DNA from: Dehalococcoidia bacterium UBA7891
GTDB taxonomy: Bacteria; Chloroflexota; Dehalococcoidia; Lucifugimonadales; UBA826
Direction: 5' to 3'
Length of the DNA: 64,000 bases
Assembly: GCA_002500485.1 (NCBI GenBank)
Contig: DLRJ01000033.1
Location: 7,035-71,034, forward strand
Made by a program: the position numbers and the translations under genes. Positions within the stretch are counted from its first letter, which is position 1. Every line of letters begins with the position of its first letter. Positions 1 to 9,426 of this stretch are shown piece after piece. Below the pieces are notes generated by a model. It made no database searches, was not told the DNA's origin, and worked only from the letters and a program-made list of their open reading frames with translations.

Positions 1-4
1 TTTG

Positions 5-47
5 TGACTAAAATCCCTTTTTTTGCCTCCTACCTCACTTTTCAAAT
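5..47. repeat. left copy of imperfect direct repeat flanking the GC-rich islet
   Basis: TGACTAAAATCCCTTTTTTTGCCTCCTACCTCAC... matches 2371-2413. The first 10 nt are identical and about 30/43 ungapped positions match by hand count. Confidence 0.45.
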
Positions 48-194
48 TAGAGATTTCCGTAAATATGGTTACGAACTTTCTGGAAGCGTCAGATTTAATG
101 CTTCGTCAATTTGTCTCGTAGCAGCTTCTTCCAAACCAGTCGTTACATGGAAATAAGTGTCTATAATGAATAACACAATCCATAAGGAGGGAAT

Positions 195-911
195 ATGGGC
201 ATTCTGGTACAGCGGGAATTCACCGTCACTCGCGATCACCGACAGGAGTTTGAGCGTCAGAGTCGTCTTGGAACATGGGTGAAAATGCGCCACAACGGCG
301 CACAGATGATCGGTTTCGGAGGCTGGGCGTTCGGTGGTCGGGGGGACGTCGTGGTCACCCATTCGACCTATGCGGATTTCGATCATTGGACCGCAACGCG
401 CCCTTGGGGCGCATTCACAACAGATCCTGAACGTGCTGAAGAAACTCGGCACGCCAGCGCGATCTTTGCCGGTCGTCCACGGCTCATCAATCACTCCCGT
501 ACAAAGATCATCGACTACGACAACGAGTTATCCGAACCAACGCCTTTCTACCGCAATAGCGGTGATGAGTTAGCCTCTCTCCCGCTGACCTATGGTCCTC
601 AGTCGATACTTGCAGAGTGCCGTTATCGCCTTCGCTCGGGATCCGAGGCAGAGTTTCGCGAGCTGTCCGCGGAGACGCTTTGGCCTTGGCTTCGAGCGCA
701 TGATGCACGTATGGTGCTCTACGGCAAGGATCTGCTGGCGGCGGCGGACGAGGTGGTGGAGTTAACGGCCTACCGTTCGATTAGCGAATGGCATCAACTG
801 TTGAACCCAACTGGAGACACGAAGCAGGTCTCTGCCAAGCGACAGTCACTGATCGCAGACCGTCAGACGCGACTCCTGATGGTGCAGACGGATTTCGGCG
901 AAAAGGTATAG
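195..911 (+). CDS. NIPSNAP-like / dimeric alpha-beta-barrel protein (two tandem halves), function unknown
   Basis: 238-aa ORF with SD AAGGAGG a few nt upstream of the ATG. The two-halves architecture resembles the NIPSNAP/ABM fold. The antisense ORF 69..494 is treated as a shadow ORF. Confidence 0.55.
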   Translation: MGILVQREFTVTRDHRQEFERQSRLGTWVKMRHNGAQMIGFGGWAFGGRGDVVVTHSTYADFDHWTATRPWGAFTTDPERAEETRHASAIFAGRPRLINHSRTKIIDYDNELSEPTPFYRNSGDELASLPLTYGPQSILAECRYRLRSGSEAEFRELSAETLWPWLRAHDARMVLYGKDLLAAADEVVELTAYRSISEWHQLLNPTGDTKQVSAKRQSLIADRQTRLLMVQTDFGEKV

Positions 912-941
912 GGATCGAGCTCATCAAGGAGTATGGGGGCA

Positions 942-2237
942 ATGTCGAAAGATAAAGTTGTTATCGCAGGTGGAGGTATTGGTGGTCTTGTACTTGCATT
1001 AACACTGAATCAGATTGGTATTGAGTGTATTGTCTGCGAGAGCGTGCGCAACCCTAGGCCTCTTGGCGTCGGGATTAACCTTCAGCCGAACGCAGTTAGG
1101 GAGATGTTTGACCTCGGATTCACCGTCGCGGACATGAATGAGTTTGGTGTACCGGCTAAAGAGTGGGCACTTGTCGGGCTGAAAGGTCAGGAAATATATT
1201 CAGAGCCGCGCGGGATATTTGCTGGGTATTCCTGGCCGCAGTATGCAGTGCATCGAGGAGAGTTCCACATGGCACTCTATCGAAGGTTCCGGGACCTGGC
1301 GGGAGACGACGCAATACGGCTTGGGTGTCGGGCTAAAGGATATGATATTCATAAAAATGGAACCGTCTCGCTACAGCTTGATACGCCGGATGGACCCGAT
1401 TATGAAAATGGAACCTTGCTTGTTGGAGCAGATGGTATTCATTCTGCAATCCGTGGCGCTATGTTTCCTAGGCAACCTCCTATCCATTGGGGGGGCGCTA
1501 TCATGTGGCGTGGCACTTCGCGGGCGAGGCCAATTCGAACGAAATCATCCTTCGTAGGTCTCGGTAACCACCGCCAACGCATGGTGATATATCCTATTTC
1601 TGAGGCCGATCCAAATACAGGTCTCGCTCTAATCAACTGGATTGCTGAAGTCACTTATGACGATCCGTCAACGCATGATAATACTGACTGGTTCCGGAGT
1701 GTGGAGATCGAAAGTTTTATCCATCATTTTGAGGATTGGACCTATGATTGGCTAGATGTACCATCACTGATACGAGAAGCAGAGGAAGTTTTCGAAAATC
1801 CAATGATTGACCGTGACCCGATCTCGCACTGGGCTGAAGGGCCAGTTGCCCTTCTCGGGGATGCTGCACATCCAATGTATCCGACAGGATCAAACGGAGC
1901 TAGCCAAGCTATTGTCGACGGACGCATCATGGGCGCAAAATTCCTAGAACATGGTGTCACACCAGCCGCCCTGCAGGCCTATAACAACATGCTTTGCAGG
2001 CCGATTTCAGAAGTGGTATTACGCAATCGTGAAGCCGGGCCATTCGGTTTGTTGAATATGGTTAATGACCGCTGCGATGGCGAATTCGAATGTATTGACG
2101 AGGTAATCTCGGCCTCAGAACGGTCCGACTTTATGGGAAAATATCAAGCTGCTGCAGGTTTTGCGCGCGACATACTAAATGATGCCCCACCGACCATCAG
2201 GCCAGGGGCTCGAGTTGGCAGGATGGGGCGGTACTAA
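942..2237 (+). CDS. FAD-dependent aromatic-ring monooxygenase (salicylate/3-hydroxybenzoate hydroxylase-like family)
   Basis: N-terminal VVIAGGGIGGLVLAL (GxGxxG) and C-terminal GDAAHPMYPTGSNGASQAIVDG motif. The track ORF starts at 933, but AAGGAG (926-931) is correctly spaced for ATG 942. Confidence 0.85.
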   Translation: MSKDKVVIAGGGIGGLVLALTLNQIGIECIVCESVRNPRPLGVGINLQPNAVREMFDLGFTVADMNEFGVPAKEWALVGLKGQEIYSEPRGIFAGYSWPQYAVHRGEFHMALYRRFRDLAGDDAIRLGCRAKGYDIHKNGTVSLQLDTPDGPDYENGTLLVGADGIHSAIRGAMFPRQPPIHWGGAIMWRGTSRARPIRTKSSFVGLGNHRQRMVIYPISEADPNTGLALINWIAEVTYDDPSTHDNTDWFRSVEIESFIHHFEDWTYDWLDVPSLIREAEEVFENPMIDRDPISHWAEGPVALLGDAAHPMYPTGSNGASQAIVDGRIMGAKFLEHGVTPAALQAYNNMLCRPISEVVLRNREAGPFGLLNMVNDRCDGEFECIDEVISASERSDFMGKYQAAAGFARDILNDAPPTIRPGARVGRMGRY

Positions 2238-2334
2238 ATAAGCGGCTGGGTGAAACTATTGTTAATGAATGAAAATTATGCGATTATTTCAGCACCCTGA
2301 TCTTTGGATTTTCATAGCTCATAACTCAAAGATC

Positions 2335-2362
2335 GCAGGTTGAAATCTTGCTCCCGCTGTCA
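2335..2362 (+). other. tRNA-like 3' remnant (T-arm plus acceptor 3' strand), no matching 5' half
   Basis: GCAGG-TTGAAAT-CTTGC-TCCCGCT-G-TCA resembles a T stem-loop plus acceptor. Upstream sequence does not supply a complementary acceptor 5' strand, and the T-loop is degenerate (G instead of C56). Confidence 0.3.
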
Positions 2363-2370
2363 CTCATTCA

Positions 2371-2413
2371 TGACTAAAATTTCCGCTTTTGACCCCTACT
2401 ACACCTCGGAAAT
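2371..2413. repeat. right copy of imperfect direct repeat flanking the GC-rich islet
   Basis: TGACTAAAATTTCCGCTTTTGACCCCTACTACAC... See 5-47. Confidence 0.45.
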
Positions 2414-2488
2414 GGGGCATGCTGGCAATATAAACACAAGCGACGAATAGTTAGGCTACAAATTGTTGATTCGAAAGGAAAAATAAGA

Positions 2489-3628
2489 ATGTCAGAGCAA
2501 ACTTCAAAAGAAATAAGATCAACTGTAACAAGTGAAGGATATATAGAAATCTCTATTATTACTGTAGAAAAACCAGCGCCTTCAGAAAATGAAGTTTTAA
2601 TCAAAGTAGAAGCTTCTCCTATTAATCCATCGGATTTAGGACTTCTTATAAGTTTTGCAGCCAATCTTGATAGTCTGAGTGTTTCAGGTTCAGGTGATCA
2701 TACGGTAGCAAAAATGAAAATCCACGAAGGTTTGATGAAAACAATGACTCCAAGAATGGGCCAATCTATGAAAGTAGGCAATGAGGGTGGCGGGGTGATT
2801 GAAGATGCCGGCGCAAATGCAAAAGAACTTATAGGAAAAACTGTTGGCGCCGCTGGTGGAGCTATGTATTCCCATTACAGGTGTGTTCCAAAAACTAGCT
2901 GTTTGGTGATGGATGACAACACAACTTCTTCTGAAGCTGCCTCTTCCTTTGTAAATCCATTAACTGCTTTAGGCTTCATTGAAACTATGAAACTAGAAAA
3001 CCACAGTGCCATAGTACATACAGCTGCGGCCTCAAATTTAGGACAAATGCTTGTAAAAATCTGTAAAGATGACTCTGTTCCTCTTGTAAATATCGTTAGA
3101 AGATCGGAACAAGTGGAACTTCTTAAAAACCTTGGTGCTGAGCACATATGTAACGTTAGTGAACCTGACTTCATGGAGGGCCTGGTTGATGCTCTCGAAG
3201 CGACTGGTGCTACTCTAGGTTTTGATGCGACTGGGGGAGGAAATAAAGGGAGACTTGCAGGGCAAATACTCTCAGCGATGGAAATAGCTGCGAACAAAAT
3301 TGCTAAAGAATATAGTCGATATGGTTCAGATACCTATAAACAAGTATATATCTACGGTGGACTAGATCAATCACCCACAATTCTGAACAGATCCTTTGGT
3401 ATGCAATGGGGACTTGGCGGATGGCTTTTAACTCCAATGATAGGTAAATTTGGCATGGAAACATTTCAACAGATGCGTGAGCGAGTAGTTAAAGAAATTA
3501 AGACTACTTTTGCTAGTCACTACACTGAAGAGATATCTTTTGAAGAAATGCTTCAACCGGAAACTATTAGAGCCTATGCGAAACAAGCTACCGGTGAAAA
3601 GTATTTAGTTGCTCCCCATAAAGAATAG
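2489..3628 (+). CDS. MDR-superfamily NAD(P)H-dependent oxidoreductase (quinone oxidoreductase / enoyl reductase-like, zinc-independent type)
   Basis: 379 aa. EVLIKVEASPINPSDLG is a typical QOR/ETR N-terminal motif, followed by a Rossmann region AIVHTAAASNLGQML. Confidence 0.8.
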   Translation: MSEQTSKEIRSTVTSEGYIEISIITVEKPAPSENEVLIKVEASPINPSDLGLLISFAANLDSLSVSGSGDHTVAKMKIHEGLMKTMTPRMGQSMKVGNEGGGVIEDAGANAKELIGKTVGAAGGAMYSHYRCVPKTSCLVMDDNTTSSEAASSFVNPLTALGFIETMKLENHSAIVHTAAASNLGQMLVKICKDDSVPLVNIVRRSEQVELLKNLGAEHICNVSEPDFMEGLVDALEATGATLGFDATGGGNKGRLAGQILSAMEIAANKIAKEYSRYGSDTYKQVYIYGGLDQSPTILNRSFGMQWGLGGWLLTPMIGKFGMETFQQMRERVVKEIKTTFASHYTEEISFEEMLQPETIRAYAKQATGEKYLVAPHKE

Positions 3629-3664
3629 ATCGTTATTTCCGTGTAAAATCGCGCTAAAAATACA

Positions 3665-3694
3665 GCCCAATAAACCCTTTACCGACAATTGGGC
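3665..3694 (+). terminator. weak candidate hairpin after the MDR gene
   Basis: GCCCAAT ... ATTGGGC forms a 7-bp stem with a 16-nt loop. There is no clear U-tract. Confidence 0.25.
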
Positions 3695-3785
3695 ATTAAT
3701 AGTGCTCCTAATCATTCCCTCATTCTGCTGTATTATTCAGTCCAGTGGATCATGTAATTTATGAGGAAGGTGAGGAGAATTTTAT

Positions 3786-4562
3786 ATGAGACTTGAAGGA
3801 AAAGTTGCTTTAATAACTGGAGGAGCCAGAGGCCAAGGTGCAGCCGAAACAAAGTTATTTGCCAAGGAAGGCGCAAAGGTAGTCATAGCGGATATTCTCG
3901 ATGAAGAAGGTGAAAAGCTCGAAGCAGAGATTACTGAGCTGGGTGGGGAATGTTTCTATACTCACCTAGATGTCTCTAGCTCTGAAAATTGGGAAGAGAC
4001 TATCAACACTACAGTGACTCATTTTGGAACAATTGACATACTCGTGAATAATGCCGGCATTGCAGTCTGGGGCACCAATGACGACACGACTGAAGAAATT
4101 TGGGATACGGTTATGGATGTAAACGCAAAAGATGTCTTTTTAGGTACGAAACGCGTAATCCCTGAAGTGAAAAGGTCAGGTGGAGGCTCAATCATCAACA
4201 TATCGTCCATCTCTGGCCTAGTTGGCCAACCAACTATACAGCCAGTCTACAACGCCTCAAAAGGCGCAGTCAGATTGTTCACGAAATCCACAGCCGTACA
4301 GTACGGCAGCTATGGAATTAGGGCTAATTCCATTCATCCAGGTGCAATCGATACAGATATGATTTCTCATAGAATTCAAGGCGAAGAAAATAAAAATAGA
4401 ATAAAACATACTGTTCCACTTCAACGAGTCGCAAAGCCTATAGAAATCGCCTACGGAGCCTTGTTTTTGGCCTCAAAAGAATCTTCGTACATGACGGGCA
4501 GCAAAATGGTGATCGACGGTGGAGTTACCGCTGGAGCTCCTAACTCAAGCGCCAATTCATAG
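3786..4562 (+). CDS. classical short-chain dehydrogenase/reductase (SDR)
   Basis: TGGARGQG cofactor motif, NNAGI, and catalytic YNASKGAV. SD GAGGAG lies 9 nt upstream. Confidence 0.9.
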   Translation: MRLEGKVALITGGARGQGAAETKLFAKEGAKVVIADILDEEGEKLEAEITELGGECFYTHLDVSSSENWEETINTTVTHFGTIDILVNNAGIAVWGTNDDTTEEIWDTVMDVNAKDVFLGTKRVIPEVKRSGGGSIINISSISGLVGQPTIQPVYNASKGAVRLFTKSTAVQYGSYGIRANSIHPGAIDTDMISHRIQGEENKNRIKHTVPLQRVAKPIEIAYGALFLASKESSYMTGSKMVIDGGVTAGAPNSSANS

Positions 4563-4611
4563 ATCTCTAGACTTCCTGCGACTGAGGTCATAGGTATGTT
4601 ACAGAAAGGCC

Positions 4612-4776
4612 TCAAGGGCCGTGGCATTTTTTGTATTTTTTTCCACTACCACAGGGACATTTTTCATTTCGACCTATTTTCCTAGATGCATTTATCTTTA
4701 TACGGTTCGATTCTTGGCATTTTGCGCAGGTGCAAGCCACGGGATGTTCTTTATGCCAGTTGGTACGCGATGTCAC
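4612..4776 (-). CDS. SEC-C motif (SecA C-terminal-like zinc-binding) microprotein, 54 aa
   Basis: The minus-strand translation ends ...[18 protein letters not shown], a near-consensus SEC-C metal-binding motif. There is an upstream CTCAKC pair and a GTG start with AGGA 8 nt upstream. It is below the 60-aa track cutoff. Confidence 0.65.
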   Translation of the reverse strand: MTSRTNWHKEHPVACTCAKCQESNRIKINASRKIGRNEKCPCGSGKKYKKCHGP

Positions 4777-4895
4777 GAGATATGTCCTGGGTATTTAAAA
4801 ACAACACAGCCATGTAATTTGACTAAGTTATGGTTTTTCATAACATTATCACATACCATAGTCAGGTAAATTGAATTCATTATTCGGAGATTAAT

Positions 4896-6164
4896 TTGCC
4901 AGGTCCGTTAGATGGAATAAAAATCGTTGAGTTCACCCAAATAATAGCTGCCCCGTTTGGAGGCATGTTATTGAGTGACATGGGTGCTGAGATAATTAAA
5001 ATCGAACCCATTGAAGGCGAACCTTGGAGACTCCACACTGAATTTCTACCCAAGGAAAGTAAAACATTCATAGCCTTGAATCGGGGGAAAAAAAGTCTTC
5101 CGTTGGATCTTCAAAGTAAAGAAGGTCTTGAGATCGCCCAGAAACTTGTGGCAGATGCCGATGTGGTTATCATAAACGCTCGACCAGACGTCCCTAAAAA
5201 GTTGGGGATTGACTACGAAACCCTATCTGAAGCCAACCCAAAGTTAATATATTGCGATAACACAGCATTCGGCCGACAGGGCCCTCATGGCTATAGACCA
5301 GGTTACGATCTGATTATTCAAGCTATGAGTGGTCTTTTAGCTGCTGACAATAAGGTCGTTGATGGTGTCCCACAACAGGTGACTGCGACTGCCGTTGCAG
5401 ATTACACCACGGGAGTTGCGATTGCCTGGGGTGTTAGCGCGGCCTTATTTTCGAGGGAACGTACCGGTAAAGGCCAAAAAATCGACACAACTCTGCTTTC
5501 GACATCTCTACTCATCCAAGGTGGGTTTATGGAGGTGGAAGAACATGGAAAGGAAGAGAAAGATGAACTGGTGGAGACTTTGGGTGCCTTAAGGCAAGCT
5601 GGCCTGCCGTACCAAAGCCTGTTGGACCAACAACAAATTTTCTCGCCATTTAATACAGCATTTCGTATCTATTACACCACATACCAAACTGCCAATGACG
5701 TGATTGCCATCGCTTGCTTAAGCAACAGGCTTAGAAAAAAAGCTGCCGATGCAATTGGTGTGGTTGATCCACGGTTTTCAGAAGGCTACGACCCTGAAGA
5801 TCCATCCATAGTGTCGGCAATAGAATCCCTATCGGAAGAAATGAAAACCATATTACTGAGTAAAACCGGTGAAGAATGGCTTTCGATCCTTGATGCAGCG
5901 GGAGTTCCGGCTGGTCCTGTGAGGTTTATACAAGAACTGACTAATGACGAACAAGTGATTGCAAATGATATGGTGGTAGAGGTAAATCACTCACTTGCTG
6001 GGAAAATTCGGATGGCTGGGCCCATGATACAAATGAGCGAAACCCCTTTGGCGGTGAAATCGGCATCTCCTGCTTTAGGGGAACATACTGATGAAATCAT
6101 GCTCAATCTCGGCTATTCTGAAGACGAGATTACCGATCTAAAATCCCGGAATATAACCCTCTGA
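4896..6164 (+). CDS. family III CoA-transferase (CaiB/BaiF family)
   Basis: PLDGIKIVEFTQIIAAPFGGMLLSDMGAEIIKIEP is the canonical N-terminus. TTG start with GGAG upstream. Confidence 0.9.
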   Translation: MPGPLDGIKIVEFTQIIAAPFGGMLLSDMGAEIIKIEPIEGEPWRLHTEFLPKESKTFIALNRGKKSLPLDLQSKEGLEIAQKLVADADVVIINARPDVPKKLGIDYETLSEANPKLIYCDNTAFGRQGPHGYRPGYDLIIQAMSGLLAADNKVVDGVPQQVTATAVADYTTGVAIAWGVSAALFSRERTGKGQKIDTTLLSTSLLIQGGFMEVEEHGKEEKDELVETLGALRQAGLPYQSLLDQQQIFSPFNTAFRIYYTTYQTANDVIAIACLSNRLRKKAADAIGVVDPRFSEGYDPEDPSIVSAIESLSEEMKTILLSKTGEEWLSILDAAGVPAGPVRFIQELTNDEQVIANDMVVEVNHSLAGKIRMAGPMIQMSETPLAVKSASPALGEHTDEIMLNLGYSEDEITDLKSRNITL

Positions 6165-6293
6165 CATTCATATTTCTCGCCAATCAAACAATTCACAGCA
6201 GTCTCCACGTTGAAGCCCTCATACTCAAGAGATATAATTCCGAGGTTATCCCATAAGGAATTTTCATTTAGACGAGGAGTACAAAAATAGCAT

Positions 6294-6542
6294 ATGACCT
6301 ACATTATCGCTGAACCCTGTATTGATGTGTTAGATAGAGCCTGCATAGATGTATGCCCGGTTGACTGCATTTATGAAGCAGAAGAGCATAGTATGCTACT
6401 TATAAACCCAGAAGAGTGCATCGATTGCGCTGCATGTGAGCCAGTTTGCCCAGTAACCGCCATATTTGCCGAGGACGACGTGCCTGCCGACTGGGATAAA
6501 TGGACTGAGCTGAATTACGAGTACTTTGGACAGAAAAGATAA
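6294..6542 (+). CDS. 7Fe-type ferredoxin ([3Fe-4S][4Fe-4S])
   Basis: 82 aa. Cluster motifs CIDVLDRACIDVCP and CIDCAACEPVCP. Confidence 0.9.
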   Translation: MTYIIAEPCIDVLDRACIDVCPVDCIYEAEEHSMLLINPEECIDCAACEPVCPVTAIFAEDDVPADWDKWTELNYEYFGQKR

Positions 6543-6705
6543 CAAATATGGGCTTTACTCGCCCTCTTTTAAATTGAAGTTGGTTTTAACGCGGATTAAT
6601 CTCTGGGTTGAATATTAATAGCTATCGTGATAATTTCACTCAGATGAGATACTATTCCTGAGTTGCCGACTGCCTCATCCTTAGCAATTTCGGAGTTACA
6701 GTCTC

Positions 6706-9396
6706 ATGAATAACAATGGTAATCCTTCAAGCCTAATATCAAAAAATATTCTGCAGACCCTATCAGGTAGTTACACCTATTACTCTATCGACTCTGCCGA
6801 GAAGGCTGGGTTAATAAACATCGACAAAACCCCTTATGCAATAAGGGTTTTGTTAGAGAATGTTATACGTAACGCCGATGGAGGCCCTGCAACGGAAGAC
6901 CATATAAAATTAGTATCATCTTGGCGCCCAAACAATAAACCGGCTAGTGAATTTCCTTACATGCCAGGTAGAGTTCTACTCCAAGATTTCACTGGAGTTC
7001 CGGTAGCGGTAGACATAGCAGCTATGAGAGATGCAGTGAGTGAGTTGGGAGCTGATGCATCTATCATCAATCCAATTGTCCGCTCAGATATGGTTATAGA
7101 CCACTCAGTCCAAGTAGACAATTTCTCTGTCCCCAACGCACTTAACCTGAATATCGAAATGGAATTTGAGAGAAATACTGAAAGATACCAGTTGCTGAAA
7201 TGGGCTCAAAACGCCTTTGATAATTTTAAAATAGTTCCTCCTGGCACCGGAATCGTTCATCAAGTTAACTTGGAGTACTTGGCAGAAGTTGTTTTAAGTG
7301 GAGATGATGTAGTCAACCCTGTTGCATTTTTGGACACATGTGTGGGAACTGACTCTCACACTACGATGGTCAATGGTTTAGGGGTTTTAGGATGGGGGGT
7401 GGGTGGAATTGAAGCGGAAGCAGTCATGCTGGGGCAACCATACTATATGGTCGTACCAGAGGTAGTTGGGGTGAGACTGACTGGAACCCTACCAAATGGC
7501 TCCACAGCGACTGATCTAGTTTTATCGATAGTAGAAATGCTACGAGCAGTGGGTGTAGTCGAGAAATTTGTCGAATTTTATGGCCCAGGATTGAAAGAAC
7601 TAAGCCTTGCTGATCGAGCCACAATAGCAAACATGGCCCCTGAATATGGGGCAACGTGTGGGTTTTTTCCTATAGATCATCAAACTCTAAGGTACCTAAA
7701 AGACACTGGACGTGATACTGCAATAGTGGAATTGGTTGAACAGTACTCAAAAATGAATAACTTTTATTATGATGATCAAAAGGAACCAGATTACAGTGTA
7801 GATATCAATTTTGATATTTCTAAAGTTATTCCATCGATGGCAGGACCTAAACGACCCCAAGACAAAATTTCCTTAGAAAACATTCCTGAAAATTTTTCAG
7901 AATCTTTCTCTGATTCATCAGGTCGCATTCACAAAATAGAAATCGATGAAGAGGAGGTGGAATTTGGGGATGCTGCAGTAGCAATTGCAGCTATAACAAG
8001 TTGCACCAACACTTCAAACCCCTCAGTTATGGTGGGAGCCGGTTTATTGGCGCGAAACGCGAGACAAAAAGGATTACAAAGGAAACCATGGGTTAAATCG
8101 AGTTTGGCACCGGGTTCCACTGTAGTAACTAGATACCTTGAGGCTGCCGGGCTAAATGAAGACCTAGATTATTTAGGTTTTAACACTGTTGGGTATGGTT
8201 GCACAACCTGCATCGGAAATTCAGGACCGCTACCACAACCAGTCGCGGAAGCAGTCTCTGACAATGATTTAACCGTGGCAGCCGTTCTAAGTGGTAACAG
8301 GAATTTTGAAGGTAGGGTTCACCCACAAGTGAAGGCCAATTACCTGGCATCTCCAATGCTCGTGGTGGCCTATTCTATAGCTGGTAGGGTAGATGTCAAT
8401 CTGGTAGAAGATTCCATCGGTCAAGACCCATCAGGAAATGAGGTTTTCTTAAAAGACATTTGGCCCACACAAGACGATATTTCAAACACAATATCCTCAT
8501 GCCTCACACCAGAGATGTTCCAGGAGCAATACGGTAAGGTAGTCGAAGGCCCCCAAGAATGGCAAAATTTAGAAACGTCTTCTACTTTAAATTTCAACTG
8601 GGACAAAGAATCCACATATATTCAAAAACCACCATACTTTGAAAACTTTACCAAGAACCCTTCTGAAAGAACAGAAATCACCGATGCCAGAGTGTTAGTG
8701 TATTTGGAAGATTCGGTAACCACGGATCATATTTCACCAGCAGGATCCATACCTCCGAGTGCTCCGGCAGGCCAGTTCCTTCTAGGAAATGACGTACCTC
8801 GACGGGAGTACAATTCATTCGGATCTAGAAGGGGTAATCACGATGTAATGGTTAGGGGTACATTTGCAAATATTAGACTTAGAAATAAGTTAAACCCGGC
8901 TATGGAGGGTGATTGGACTGTTCACCAGCCTTCGGAAGAAATTATGCGTATTTATGACGCTTCAGAAAAATATAAAAATGAAGAAGTTCCTTTGATAATC
9001 ATTGCAGGTAAAGAATACGGCACCGGCAGCTCGAGAGATTGGGCCGCTAAAGGCCCTATGCTCCTAGGAGTCAGGGCCGTAATAGCCGAAAGCTTTGAAA
9101 GAATCCACCGCTCGAATTTGATTGGAATGGGCGTTTTGCCATTAGTTTTCATAAACGGACAAACAGCAATGTCACTTGGTTTAGATGGAACAGAAACATA
9201 CGACATACCTGGAGTTGCAAATAATGTCACCCCTTCTTCCAACATTGAAATTACTGCCACCTCAAAAACAGGTAAGGTAACTAAGTTTGAGGTTTTGGCG
9301 CGTATAGACACTGAAATCGAGAATGAATATTACAGGCACAATGGACTCCTGCCCTATGTACTGCGTCAAATGATGTCTGAAAATTCGGTTTCATAA
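6706..9396 (+). CDS. acnA: aconitate hydratase A
   Basis: 896 aa. Shows VLLQDFTGVP, GTDSHTTM, ITSCTNTSNP, GCTTCIGNSG and the C-terminal swivel domain GKEYGTGSSRDWAAKG. Confidence 0.97.
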   Translation: MNNNGNPSSLISKNILQTLSGSYTYYSIDSAEKAGLINIDKTPYAIRVLLENVIRNADGGPATEDHIKLVSSWRPNNKPASEFPYMPGRVLLQDFTGVPVAVDIAAMRDAVSELGADASIINPIVRSDMVIDHSVQVDNFSVPNALNLNIEMEFERNTERYQLLKWAQNAFDNFKIVPPGTGIVHQVNLEYLAEVVLSGDDVVNPVAFLDTCVGTDSHTTMVNGLGVLGWGVGGIEAEAVMLGQPYYMVVPEVVGVRLTGTLPNGSTATDLVLSIVEMLRAVGVVEKFVEFYGPGLKELSLADRATIANMAPEYGATCGFFPIDHQTLRYLKDTGRDTAIVELVEQYSKMNNFYYDDQKEPDYSVDINFDISKVIPSMAGPKRPQDKISLENIPENFSESFSDSSGRIHKIEIDEEEVEFGDAAVAIAAITSCTNTSNPSVMVGAGLLARNARQKGLQRKPWVKSSLAPGSTVVTRYLEAAGLNEDLDYLGFNTVGYGCTTCIGNSGPLPQPVAEAVSDNDLTVAAVLSGNRNFEGRVHPQVKANYLASPMLVVAYSIAGRVDVNLVEDSIGQDPSGNEVFLKDIWPTQDDISNTISSCLTPEMFQEQYGKVVEGPQEWQNLETSSTLNFNWDKESTYIQKPPYFENFTKNPSERTEITDARVLVYLEDSVTTDHISPAGSIPPSAPAGQFLLGNDVPRREYNSFGSRRGNHDVMVRGTFANIRLRNKLNPAMEGDWTVHQPSEEIMRIYDASEKYKNEEVPLIIIAGKEYGTGSSRDWAAKGPMLLGVRAVIAESFERIHRSNLIGMGVLPLVFINGQTAMSLGLDGTETYDIPGVANNVTPSSNIEITATSKTGKVTKFEVLARIDTEIENEYYRHNGLLPYVLRQMMSENSVS

Positions 9397-9426
9397 ATAC
9401 TGATTCAAGGTCCGAATTTATAGCTC

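Larger units (their letters stand above)
195..2237. other. compositionally deviant (GC-rich) two-gene segment, possible horizontally acquired islet or assembly chimera
   Basis: Codons are visibly G/C-rich here, while both flanks and the remaining ~61 kb are AT-rich. The switch back occurs in 2238-2488. Confidence 0.6.

Noticed and set aside
1-165. Frame-1 ORF open from the left window edge (FVTKIPFFASYLTFQIRDF...TWK*), as the possible 3' end of an upstream gene
   Set aside because: The sequence is T-rich and low-complexity with no protein-like pattern. Its first 47 nt are homologous to the clearly non-coding repeat at 2371-2413. It cannot be excluded without the upstream sequence.
69-494. 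141-aa minus-strand ORF overlapping the start of the NIPSNAP-like gene
   Set aside because: This is a typical long antisense ORF within GC-rich coding sequence. It has no recognisable motifs, and the plus-strand gene has a strong SD and a coherent domain structure.
4621-4869. 82-aa plus-strand ORF in the SDR/CoA-transferase spacer
   Set aside because: The product is low-complexity and Phe/Cys-rich, and there is no SD. It lies exactly antisense to a minus-strand frame ending in a near-consensus SEC-C motif. I treat it as a shadow ORF.
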